A program made the position numbers and the translations under genes. Below, piece after piece: positions 1-8,711 of a stretch of 64,000 nt of DNA. This DNA comes from an uncultured bacterium (GTDB lineage: Bacteria > Krumholzibacteriota > Krumholzibacteriia > Krumholzibacteriales > Krumholzibacteriaceae), in NCBI GenBank assembly GCA_963786935.1, contig CAWBAN010000003.1, positions 160,001 through 224,000 on the forward strand, in the 5' to 3' direction. Every line of letters begins with the position of its first letter. The first letter of the stretch is position 1. A model generated the notes under the pieces. That model did not search any database. It had not been told where the DNA came from and saw only the letters and a list, made by a program, of their open reading frames with translations.

Positions 1-126
1 GAGCGTGCCGGGGGCGGGGGGCGGGGTCTTCGTCGTCGGCGACACGCTGTCGTCGCCGCTGCAGCCCGCGAGGAGAACCAGGATCACGAGATACGAAAAA
101 AGGTTCGAGATTGACCGCGCTCTCAT
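1..126 (-). CDS. Lipoprotein, N-terminal part only (runs off the window edge)
   Basis: Manual translation MRARSISNLFSYLVILVLLAGCSGDDSVSPTTKTPPPPPAR; lipobox LAGC, Pro-rich linker, AAGGAG RBS at 135-140. Not in the ORF track. Confidence 0.75.
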   Translation of the reverse strand, partial: MRARSISNLFSYLVILVLLAGCSGDDSVSPTTKTPPPAPGTL

Positions 127-381
127 TGCTGCAGCTCCTTCGTTGATGGGCGGCTCACGCTTCGAGCGTATTTTCGATCCGCTTCTCGACGCATCGCCGC
201 CGTCTCGGGAGAGAGCGCCGCGGCGCCGTAAGAGGTCGATCCGCGAGAAGCGGTGGGCGGATCGATATGTCCGCGAAATATAGCAGCGGAGACTGCGCGC
301 AGGCAAGCCCGGAATGGGCGATGGCGCCCCGCCTATCTGCCGGCAAATTGCGATAGGACGGCCCGCTCGGGATATCGCGCC

Positions 382-2543
382 CTAGCGGACGTTCATCCCC
401 AGCCGCCACGACACGAACGCGAGGTAATCGGCGTACTCGTCGACGACCTTCTGCACCGGCGCGCCGATGCCGTGGCCGGCCTTCGTCTCGAAGCGCAGGA
501 GCACCGGATCGTCCGAGGCGCTCGCCGCCTGGAGCCGGGCCGTCATCTTCATGGCGTGGGCCGGATCGACCCGCGAATCGCCGTCGGCGGTTGTGAGGAG
601 GATCGCCGGGTAGCGCACGTCGTCGCGGACGTTGTGGTACGGCGAGTACTTGATGAGATAACCGAACTCGTCCGGCTTCCCCGGATCTCCGTACTCGGTG
701 ATCCAGTAACGGCCGACCGAGAACAGGTGATAACGCATCATGTCGAGCACGGGGACGGCGCAGATCGCCGCCGCGCAGAGATCGGGACGCTGCGTGACGA
801 TCGCCCCGACGAGGAGGCCGCCGTTCGATCCGCCGAAGACCGCGAGCCGCCGCGGCGACGTGTATTTCTCCGAGACGAGCCATTCCGCCGCCGCGATGAA
901 GTCGTCGAAGACGTTCTGCTTGTTCTCGAGCATTCCCGCGCGGTGCCAATCCTCGCCGAATTCCCCCCCTCCCCGGATGCAGGCAACGGCGTAGATGCCG
1001 CCCATCTCCAACCAGGGGATGATCGTTTTCGAGAAGCCCGGCGTCATCGAAATATCGAAGCCGCCGTAGCCGTAGAGAATCGTCGGGTTGGAGCCGTCGC
1101 GGGGGGCGTCTTTCCCGCGGATGACGAACATCGGCACCCGCGTTCCGTCCTTCGATGGGAACCACACCTGCTCCACGGCGTACCGGGAGCCGTCCACCGG
1201 CGAGACGACACGATCGTACACGTCGATTCGATCGGTCGCGACGTCGAGGCGGTACACGGTCTGCGGCGTGAAAAACGACGTGAAGCCGAAGAAGAGCTCG
1301 CTCCCGCGCCATTCGCCTCCCATGCCGTACAGCGTGCCGATGCCGGGAAGCTCGATCTCGCGCAGCAGCGCGCCGCCCGCGTCGAATTCGCGGAGGCGGC
1401 TCGATGCGTTCTCGAGATACGACGCGAAGATCCTGCCGCCGATGAAGACGGCCTGCTCGAGCTTGGCTTTCGATTCGGGAATGATTTCCCGCCAGCTATC
1501 GCGGGCCGGATTCGCCGCGTCCGTTTTGAAGAGGCGATAGTTCGGCGCGCCGTCGTTCGTCTGGATGAAGAGGGAGTCGTCGCATACCGTCCCGAAGAAA
1601 TGGGCGTCGACGCTTCCCGAGACGTCGATGAACGGGGCGTCCTTCGCGCGCAGGTCCTTGATATAGAGGGCGGTTTTGTTCGCCGTCTGCGAAACGTGGA
1701 TAACGAGGAATCGTCCGTCGTCGGACAGGTCGCACGACGGCCAGTCCTGCATGTCGCGTCCCTCGCCGAAAACGATCTCGTCGAGCGCGGGATCGTCGCC
1801 GAGCTTATGGAAGAATATGCGCCCGTGGAAATGCTCTTCCCCCTCCGGCACGTCCCCCGGTTTCGGAAAACGCATGTAATAGAATCCGCTCCCGTCGGGA
1901 AGCCACGCGACGCTGCTCGCCCGCGTGCGCGCGATCGTGTCCTCGAGCCTTTCGCCCGTGTCGACGTCGAGCACGTGGAGCGTGCTCTGCTCGCTTCCCC
2001 TTCGGACAGGCCGTACGCGAGGAAGCGGCCGTCCCGGGAAGGAAACCACCAGTCGACCGCGACGATCCCCTCGGCGCTGAGCGAGTTCGGATCGAGGAGC
2101 GCCTTCCGCTCGCCGAAGGCGCCCTCGCGCCAGTACAGCACGGGCTGGTTTTCGTTCCCCTCGCGCCGCTCGAGGAAATAGCGGTTCCCCGCGACCTCCG
2201 GCACGCCGATCGTGCCGATCGACAGCAGCTCGGCGAGCCGTTTTTCGATGGCGCTCCGCTCCGGGACGGCATCGAGGACGGCGCGGGTGAGCTCGTTCTG
2301 CGCGTCGATCCACGACCTGACGCCGGCGTCCCCCGTATTCTCCATCCATCGGTAGGGATCGGCGATCGCCCTCCCGTGAAGCGTGTCGATGACCGTCTCC
2401 GTTCGAGCGGGGGGGTATCGATGGTTCGTGCCGCTGAAGTCTTTCACGGTGCCTCCCTGTGTCGCCGCCGCGGGCATGACGGGAAGTGCGAATATCAGAA
2501 GAAAGGTGGCCAAGAGTTGGGTCATCGAGCCGTTGCCGCGCAT
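382..2543 (-). pseudogene. Secreted prolyl oligopeptidase (S9A) with a single frameshift near 1997-2000, probably an assembly error
   Basis: The N-terminus (signal peptide, DPYRWME, LLDPN) lies in the 1044..2717 frame. The propeller and catalytic domain (YGYGGF, GGSNGGLL, DSRVDP, KAGHG) lie in the 382..2349 frame. Adding one G to a G4 run restores YGLSEGGSEQSTLHV. AAAGGAG RBS precedes ATG 2543. Confidence 0.9.
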
Positions 2544-2755
2544 CGCGATCTCCTTTCGGGTGCGAGAAAAACGATGATACAGGGACGCGCCGGGCGAATC
2601 AATCGCATTCTCCGCGGATGTCGTGGGGCGGGTCCGCGCCGCGGCGAGGCTCTGCGTTTCTATGGAAATGATGCGCCGCATGATGTATAGTTGCAGCGAG
2701 GTCCGCATTGACCGCAACTACCCGCAGCAGGGAGCGCCACCGCCGGAGGTTCACC

Positions 2756-5700
2756 GTGAAAAATTTCAACATGCTGTCGATCTCGATTTTGGTTCTGCTC
2801 GCGCTCGCATTCGGCGCGTCGGGCCAGGCGTCCCCCAAGAAACGGGCGGATCTCGGGAGCATGGCGGCGGGTCTCCTCAAGGCGAGCACGGAGAATCGCG
2901 CGCGGGCGCTCGGCCTCGCCGACTCCCTCGGCTGGCCGGTCGGCGGCGTGCTGCCGGGCGGGAAATCGTTCGCGCTCCAGGGCATCGAGTACGGGATGCC
3001 CTTCTACTACACGACGTTCAATCTCGACGCGGCGCGGTCGACCCGCACCGACAGCGTGCAGCATTACATCGGGGGAGGCGCCGGCTTCACGATCGGCCTC
3101 TGGGACGGGAACGCCCCGCGCACGACGCATCAGGAGCTCGCGGGACGGGTCGTCTGGAAGGACGTGAGGTCGCTCATCCCCGACGATCACGCGACGCACG
3201 TCGCGGGAACGATGATCGCGTCGGGCGTGAAGCCGCAGGCGAAGGGCATGGCGCCCGAGGCGTCGATCAGCGCATACGAGTGGACGGACGACGCGGCGGA
3301 GATGGCCGGCGAGGCCTCCCGCGGCCTCCTCGTCTCGAACCATTCGTACGGCTATATCCGCGGATGGATAGATCTCGGCGACTGGTACTGGTTCGGCGAC
3401 ACGGCGATCAGCGAAACCGAGGACTACCTCTTCGGATTCTACTCGGCGACGGCGCGCGAAATGGACGAGCTCCTCTACGCGGCCCCCAACTATCTTCCCG
3501 TGCATTCGGCGGGGAACGACCGCAACGATTTTTCGCCGGGGGCCGTCCCGCACTACTTCTGGGACGCGCGGGCGCAGGCGTGGCGGGTGAGCACGAAGCT
3601 CCGCGACAACGACGGCGGCGCGCTCGGGTACGACTGCATCCCGAACGGCCCCGGCGTTTCCAAGAACGCGCTCACGATCGGCGCCGTCGAGGACGTGCTC
3701 TCGTATACCGGCCCCGAGTCGGTCGTGATGGCGTCGTTCAGCAGCTGGGGTCCGACCGACGACGGGCGCATCAAGCCCGATCTCTGCGGAAACGGCTGGG
3801 CGGTCTATTCGAGCGTCGCGACGTCCGACACGTCGTACGACACGTACTACGGCACATCGATGGCCTCGCCGAACGTCTGCGGCTCGCTCGGGCTGCTGCA
3901 GGATTACTATAAGGATCATCACGCCGGGATTCCGATGAAAGCTGCGACGCTCAAGGCGCTCGTGCTTCACACGGCGCGCGAGGCGGGAGGGGCGCCCGGC
4001 CCCGATTACGCGTTCGGCTGGGGGCTCCTCGACGCTTACGCCGCATACCGCCATATCGAGCGCGATCTCGACGAAAAGAAAGGGCTCATCGAGGAGTACA
4101 CGCTCTCGGACGGCGTCCCGGTCGAGCTCTACTATCTGAGCGACGGAACGGAGAGCGAGCTCAGGGTGACCGTATGCTGGACCGATCCGCCCGGCACGTG
4201 TCCCGCGCCTGCGCTCGATCCGGGCGATCTCATGCTCGTGAACGATCTCGACCTCCGCGTGGACAAGGACGGCGCCCTGCACGAGCCGTGGACGCTCGAT
4301 CCGCTCGATCCGGCGGCTCCCGCCGTCGCGGGAGACAACTACCGGGACAACGTGGAGCAGGTGCTGATCGAGAGCCCCGAGGCGGGTATGTACGTCGTGC
4401 GGGTCGGCCACAAGGGCTCCCTCGCGGGAGGCTCGCAGGACTTCTCGATCGTCGTTTCGGGCGCGGTGCGCACGAAGACGTGGCGCGTCTACCCCGACGG
4501 CTCGGGAGACGCCCCGACGATCGCCGCCGCCGTCGATTCCGCCGCGGACGCCGATCAGATCTTCGTCTACGCGGGGGTGTACCGGGAGCACGACATCCTC
4601 GTCGACAAGCCGGTGCTCATCAAGGGGATCAAGGGCTCCACGCTGACCGTGGTCAACGCGGAAGGGCTCGGCCGCTGCTTCACCATTTCCACCGAAGCGG
4701 GGGCGGCGCGGATCGAGGATCTCACCCTCCGGGGCGGCTCGGCGGGCGCCTCGGGCAACGGGGGGGCCGTTCTCTGCTCCGATGCGGACGCCGAGATCGT
4801 CGCGTGCGTTATCACGCGGAATGACGCGGCTCGCGGCGGGGGCGTATTCCTCGACGGGGGTGGCGCCCTGAGATCGTGCAGGATACTCGCGAATACCGCG
4901 CAGCAGGACGGCGGCGGCATCTACGTGTACTCCGGGAGCCCGTCGATCGAGGCGTGCGTCGTGGCGCAGAACGTCGCGGCCGCGGACGGCGGCGGCATCT
5001 ACTGCGGCAGCGCTTCCCCGTCGATCTCCCGCTGCACCGTGGCCCACAACGCGGCATCGGGGCTCGGCGGCGGATTGCATTTCGACGAGACGGGCGGGGG
5101 CTCCGTCGGCAACTCGATCGTCGCCTTCACGCTCGCGGGGTCGGGCGCGCATCAGGACGGCTCGTCGGGAACGGTCGCGTTCTCCTGCTGCGATTTCTAC
5201 GATAACTCGGGGGGGAGCTTCGGCGGCGCCCTTTCCGGCTACTCCGAAGGGGAGAATTTCTCCGCCGATCCCCAGTTCTGCGAATTCGCGGATTTCAATT
5301 ACGGAATCGGGGACGGCTCGCCGTGCCTGCCGGAAGGCAACGCGTGCGGCGTTCTCGTCGGCGCGCTCGGCGCGCGCTGCCATTCGAAGACCATGTGGCT
5401 CGTGCGGGCGGACGGATCGGGAGACGCACCGACGATACAGGCGGCGATCGATCGCGCCGCCGCGGGGGACACGATTCTGCTCGCCGCGGGTGTCTACACC
5501 GGCCTCGGGAACTTCGATATCGAGTTCCGCGGCAAGAACGTCACGATCCGCTCCGCGAGCGGCCCCGATTCGACGATCGTCGATTGCGGCGGCACGGTTG
5601 GGGAGATCCACGGGGGATTCAGCTATACGGCGGGGGAGGATTCGACATCGGCGCTCGAGGGGATCACCGTGAAGCACGCCGCGCTCACCGGCATCCGCTG

Positions 5701-8470
5701 CTCGGGCTCGAGCCCCGTCATTCGCGGCTGCGTCATCGACAGCTGCAGGACGACCGGCGGGGCGCGCGGGGGCGCGTTCTATATCGAGAAATCGTCCGCG
5801 AAGGTGCTCGGCTGCACCATCACGAACAACAGCGTCGACACGAACGGGGGAGGCCTGTACTGCAAGGAGGCGACGTCGCGCATCGAGGACTGCGTGATCT
5901 CCGGGAACACCGCGGCCAAGTACGGAGGCGGGATCGCCGCGGGGACGACTTCCGTTCTGGATATCGTCGGCTGCACGGTGAGCGGAAACCTCGCGAGCGC
6001 CGAATCGGGCGGCGGGATCTACGTCATCTCCGCCCGTGTGCGTCTCGATTCGTGCGTGATATCCGGCAACACCGGCACGTTCGGCGGCGGGATCTTCAAC
6101 GGCACGAGCGGAATCGCCGCGATCAAAAACTCGGTCGTGAGCGGGAACGTCGCGCGGAGCGGCGGAGGCGGCGCGTACAGCGCGACGAACCTGACGATGG
6201 AGAATTGCACGGTCGTCGGAAACTCGGCCGTGTACTACGGCGCGGGGCTCGAGTGCTTCTACGGCGCGAGCAACACGATCGCGCGCTCGATCGTCGCCTT
6301 CAATGTGGCCAAGGAGGGCATCTACACGGGGAGCGGCACGCTAATCATCTCGTGCAGCGACGTGTACGGGAATCCGGGCGGCAACTACGGCGGGACCACG
6401 CCCAACCAGACGGGGTTGAACGGCAACATTTCGAGCGATCCCTCGTTCTGCGACGCGGGCGCTCTCGATTTCAGCCTCTACGACACGTCGCCGTGCGCCC
6501 CGGCGGCGAGCCCGTGCGGCCGGCTCATCGGCGGGCGGGCAGTCGGGTGCCGGATCGCGCCGAACCTCTCTTTTACGTCCGTGGAGTACAGCGCGCTCGC
6601 CGCGCCCGCGCACGGATCGATATTCGTCACGGCGGTCGTTCAGAACACCGGCGCCGTGGCCGCGGACAGCTTCGCGATCGATTTCTATTCGAACCGGTCT
6701 TCGGCGCCCGTCGCCGGGGAGACGGGGGACTTCAGACGCGTCGTTTATTCGCTTGCCGTCGGCGATACCGCGATGTTCACGGCCGGGCCGATCACGAGCG
6801 ATACCATCGGCGAATGGAACAGCTGGGCGGCCGTCGACGCCGGCGGCTGGGTCGTCGAGACGGACGAGACCGACAACGTGCACGGGCCGACTGCAATCGG
6901 CTGGGACGTTCCGCGCGAGCCGGGCTGGCCGGTCGCAATGAGGTGGAATCATCGCATGTCGCCTCTTCTCGTCGATGCGGACGGGGACCCGAACACACTC
7001 GAAGTGTTCGCCGGGTCATACGATGGAAAGATCCATGCATGGAAGTCGGACGGCACGCCCCTCGCCGGTTGGCCCGTCAGCGGGGGAACGCTCCTCTGTA
7101 ATCTGGCGGCGGGGGATATCACCGGAGATTCCGGCATCGAGATAGTGGCCTGCGACGGCCCATTCGTCAAAGCCTATTCGAGCGCCGGGGTGAAGCTTTG
7201 GGAGCACGCGGCGACCAGCGGTTACGCTGCCGTACTGGCGCTCGGAGACCTCGACGGAGACGGCAAGCTCGAGGTCCTCTGCGGCTCGATGGCCTGGGAC
7301 GGGGACCTCCATTTCATAAGAGGTGACGGAACTCCCTATCCGGGCGGCTGCTCGGTTCCCGCGAGCTCCCCGGCGATCGCCGACGTCGACGGCGACGGAA
7401 AGGCCGAAATCGCGATTTTTCTCACCGAAGACGTGTTTCCGGCTCCGGGGCAGGCGGTCCCCGCGTATACGTCTCAGCTGTATCTCCTGAACGACGACGG
7501 AACGACATGCCCCGGCTGGCCCGTCTCGCTCGAGGCGCTGCCTGCGGGGGATCCCGTTATCGGCGACGTGGCCGGCACTCACCAGGATCTCGAGATCGTC
7601 GCGGTTGACGCGAACGGGCTCGTACATGCCTGGGATGTCGGAGGGAATCCGTGCTTCACGCCGGTGAAGATGCCCGGAGCGGTCGAATCGTCCCCCGCGC
7701 TCGCGAACATTGATCGCGACGGCTACCTCGACATCGCCGTGACGTCGAGACGCTACGTCGAGAACGGGGGAAACGGATACTGGGAAGGCTTCACGAGCGT
7801 CATCGAGGGGAGAGGGGCGCTCATCGATTCGCAGAAGATCTGGCAGGGCGATTCGGATCCGGGCGTGTTTCCTTCGCCGATCGTCATCGGGGATCCTCCC
7901 GAGGTCCTCGCGGCCGTTCCCGGCGGTGAGATCCACGGTTTCGATCTCTCGTTCCCCTGCTGCCCGTTCATTGCCTGGACTCCCGCCGCAGGCGATATTG
8001 ACGGCGACGGCCGGGTCGAGATCCTCGCCGTGTGCGGGAACGATTCGCTCTACGCCTACGAGCTCTGCACGAGCCGCGCGGCGCCGAACGCCCTTTGGTG
8101 GCCTCAGCTCCGCAGAAACGCCGCGCGCACGGGCTCCTACGGGTACGAACCCGTCACCGATGCGGACGGGAACGATGCGTCGAGCACTCCGAAGATCACG
8201 GCTCTCCGCTCGATCTATCCGAATCCCTTCAATCCGATCGCGCGGATCGCCTTCGACGTAAGCGAGCGGTCGAGGGTGACGCTCGCGATCTACGACGTCT
8301 CGGGGCGTTCGGTTGCCGTCCTCGCCGACCGCGAGATGGAGCCCGGCCGCTACGAAGCGGTCTGGAACGGACGCACGGGCACGGGGCGCACCGCCGCATC
8401 CGGCATCTATTTCTGCAGGCTCGTCGCGGGGAGGACCGTCGAGACGAAAAAGATGGTGCTTCTGAGATAA
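2756..8470 (+). CDS. Large secreted S8 subtilisin-like protease with two right-handed beta-helix modules, CARDB-like Ig, FG-GAP/VCBS repeats and FlgD-Ig/T9SS-like CTD
   Basis: Triad motifs LWDG, DHATHVAGT, GTSMASPNV and oxyanion SAGND; GGGI-rich repeats; ETDETDN; DLDGDGKLE repeats; YPNPFNP...SGIYFCRL...KKMVLLR. GTG start follows GGAGGT. Confidence 0.9.
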   Translation: MKNFNMLSISILVLLALAFGASGQASPKKRADLGSMAAGLLKASTENRARALGLADSLGWPVGGVLPGGKSFALQGIEYGMPFYYTTFNLDAARSTRTDSVQHYIGGGAGFTIGLWDGNAPRTTHQELAGRVVWKDVRSLIPDDHATHVAGTMIASGVKPQAKGMAPEASISAYEWTDDAAEMAGEASRGLLVSNHSYGYIRGWIDLGDWYWFGDTAISETEDYLFGFYSATAREMDELLYAAPNYLPVHSAGNDRNDFSPGAVPHYFWDARAQAWRVSTKLRDNDGGALGYDCIPNGPGVSKNALTIGAVEDVLSYTGPESVVMASFSSWGPTDDGRIKPDLCGNGWAVYSSVATSDTSYDTYYGTSMASPNVCGSLGLLQDYYKDHHAGIPMKAATLKALVLHTAREAGGAPGPDYAFGWGLLDAYAAYRHIERDLDEKKGLIEEYTLSDGVPVELYYLSDGTESELRVTVCWTDPPGTCPAPALDPGDLMLVNDLDLRVDKDGALHEPWTLDPLDPAAPAVAGDNYRDNVEQVLIESPEAGMYVVRVGHKGSLAGGSQDFSIVVSGAVRTKTWRVYPDGSGDAPTIAAAVDSAADADQIFVYAGVYREHDILVDKPVLIKGIKGSTLTVVNAEGLGRCFTISTEAGAARIEDLTLRGGSAGASGNGGAVLCSDADAEIVACVITRNDAARGGGVFLDGGGALRSCRILANTAQQDGGGIYVYSGSPSIEACVVAQNVAAADGGGIYCGSASPSISRCTVAHNAASGLGGGLHFDETGGGSVGNSIVAFTLAGSGAHQDGSSGTVAFSCCDFYDNSGGSFGGALSGYSEGENFSADPQFCEFADFNYGIGDGSPCLPEGNACGVLVGALGARCHSKTMWLVRADGSGDAPTIQAAIDRAAAGDTILLAAGVYTGLGNFDIEFRGKNVTIRSASGPDSTIVDCGGTVGEIHGGFSYTAGEDSTSALEGITVKHAALTGIRCSGSSPVIRGCVIDSCRTTGGARGGAFYIEKSSAKVLGCTITNNSVDTNGGGLYCKEATSRIEDCVISGNTAAKYGGGIAAGTTSVLDIVGCTVSGNLASAESGGGIYVISARVRLDSCVISGNTGTFGGGIFNGTSGIAAIKNSVVSGNVARSGGGGAYSATNLTMENCTVVGNSAVYYGAGLECFYGASNTIARSIVAFNVAKEGIYTGSGTLIISCSDVYGNPGGNYGGTTPNQTGLNGNISSDPSFCDAGALDFSLYDTSPCAPAASPCGRLIGGRAVGCRIAPNLSFTSVEYSALAAPAHGSIFVTAVVQNTGAVAADSFAIDFYSNRSSAPVAGETGDFRRVVYSLAVGDTAMFTAGPITSDTIGEWNSWAAVDAGGWVVETDETDNVHGPTAIGWDVPREPGWPVAMRWNHRMSPLLVDADGDPNTLEVFAGSYDGKIHAWKSDGTPLAGWPVSGGTLLCNLAAGDITGDSGIEIVACDGPFVKAYSSAGVKLWEHAATSGYAAVLALGDLDGDGKLEVLCGSMAWDGDLHFIRGDGTPYPGGCSVPASSPAIADVDGDGKAEIAIFLTEDVFPAPGQAVPAYTSQLYLLNDDGTTCPGWPVSLEALPAGDPVIGDVAGTHQDLEIVAVDANGLVHAWDVGGNPCFTPVKMPGAVESSPALANIDRDGYLDIAVTSRRYVENGGNGYWEGFTSVIEGRGALIDSQKIWQGDSDPGVFPSPIVIGDPPEVLAAVPGGEIHGFDLSFPCCPFIAWTPAAGDIDGDGRVEILAVCGNDSLYAYELCTSRAAPNALWWPQLRRNAARTGSYGYEPVTDADGNDASSTPKITALRSIYPNPFNPIARIAFDVSERSRVTLAIYDVSGRSVAVLADREMEPGRYEAVWNGRTGTGRTAASGIYFCRLVAGRTVETKKMVLLR

Positions 8471-8505
8471 CATTTTCGGCGGTAAGCAGTTAGCCAGTTC
8501 GATCG

Positions 8506-8535
8506 AAGGGCGGCCCGGAACGGCCGCCCTTTTCT
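8506..8535 (+). terminator. Intrinsic terminator
   Basis: Stem AAGGGCGGCC/GGCCGCCCTT followed by TTCT, just after the stop at 8470. Confidence 0.75.
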
Positions 8536-8536
8536 A

Positions 8537-8566
8537 TTGAAAGCATTTATTAACTTATGATATAAT
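8537..8566 (+). promoter_or_regulatory. Putative sigma70 promoter of the second S8 gene
   Basis: TTGAAA-18 nt-TATAAT with an extended -10 TG, in an AT-rich island. Confidence 0.6.
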
Positions 8567-8711
8567 AATGCATTGAATAGCTATACCGTAATAATTGTAA
8601 TTATTGCCGTATCTTGCTCTCAATATGGGTAATTTCGGCGGTTTCATCTCCCGATGAAACCACGCTCGATAGCGATGAAAACGGTCACCGTTCTTTGATC
8701 GGAGGTCCCCG

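Noticed and set aside
2660..5677. Long antisense or alternative-frame ORFs (e.g. 2660..5677, 10439..13459, 17573..20662, 29306..31888, 54789..57041)
   Set aside because: Arg/Ala/Gly-rich shadows of well-supported genes, expected from stop-codon scarcity at high GC; no recognisable motifs.
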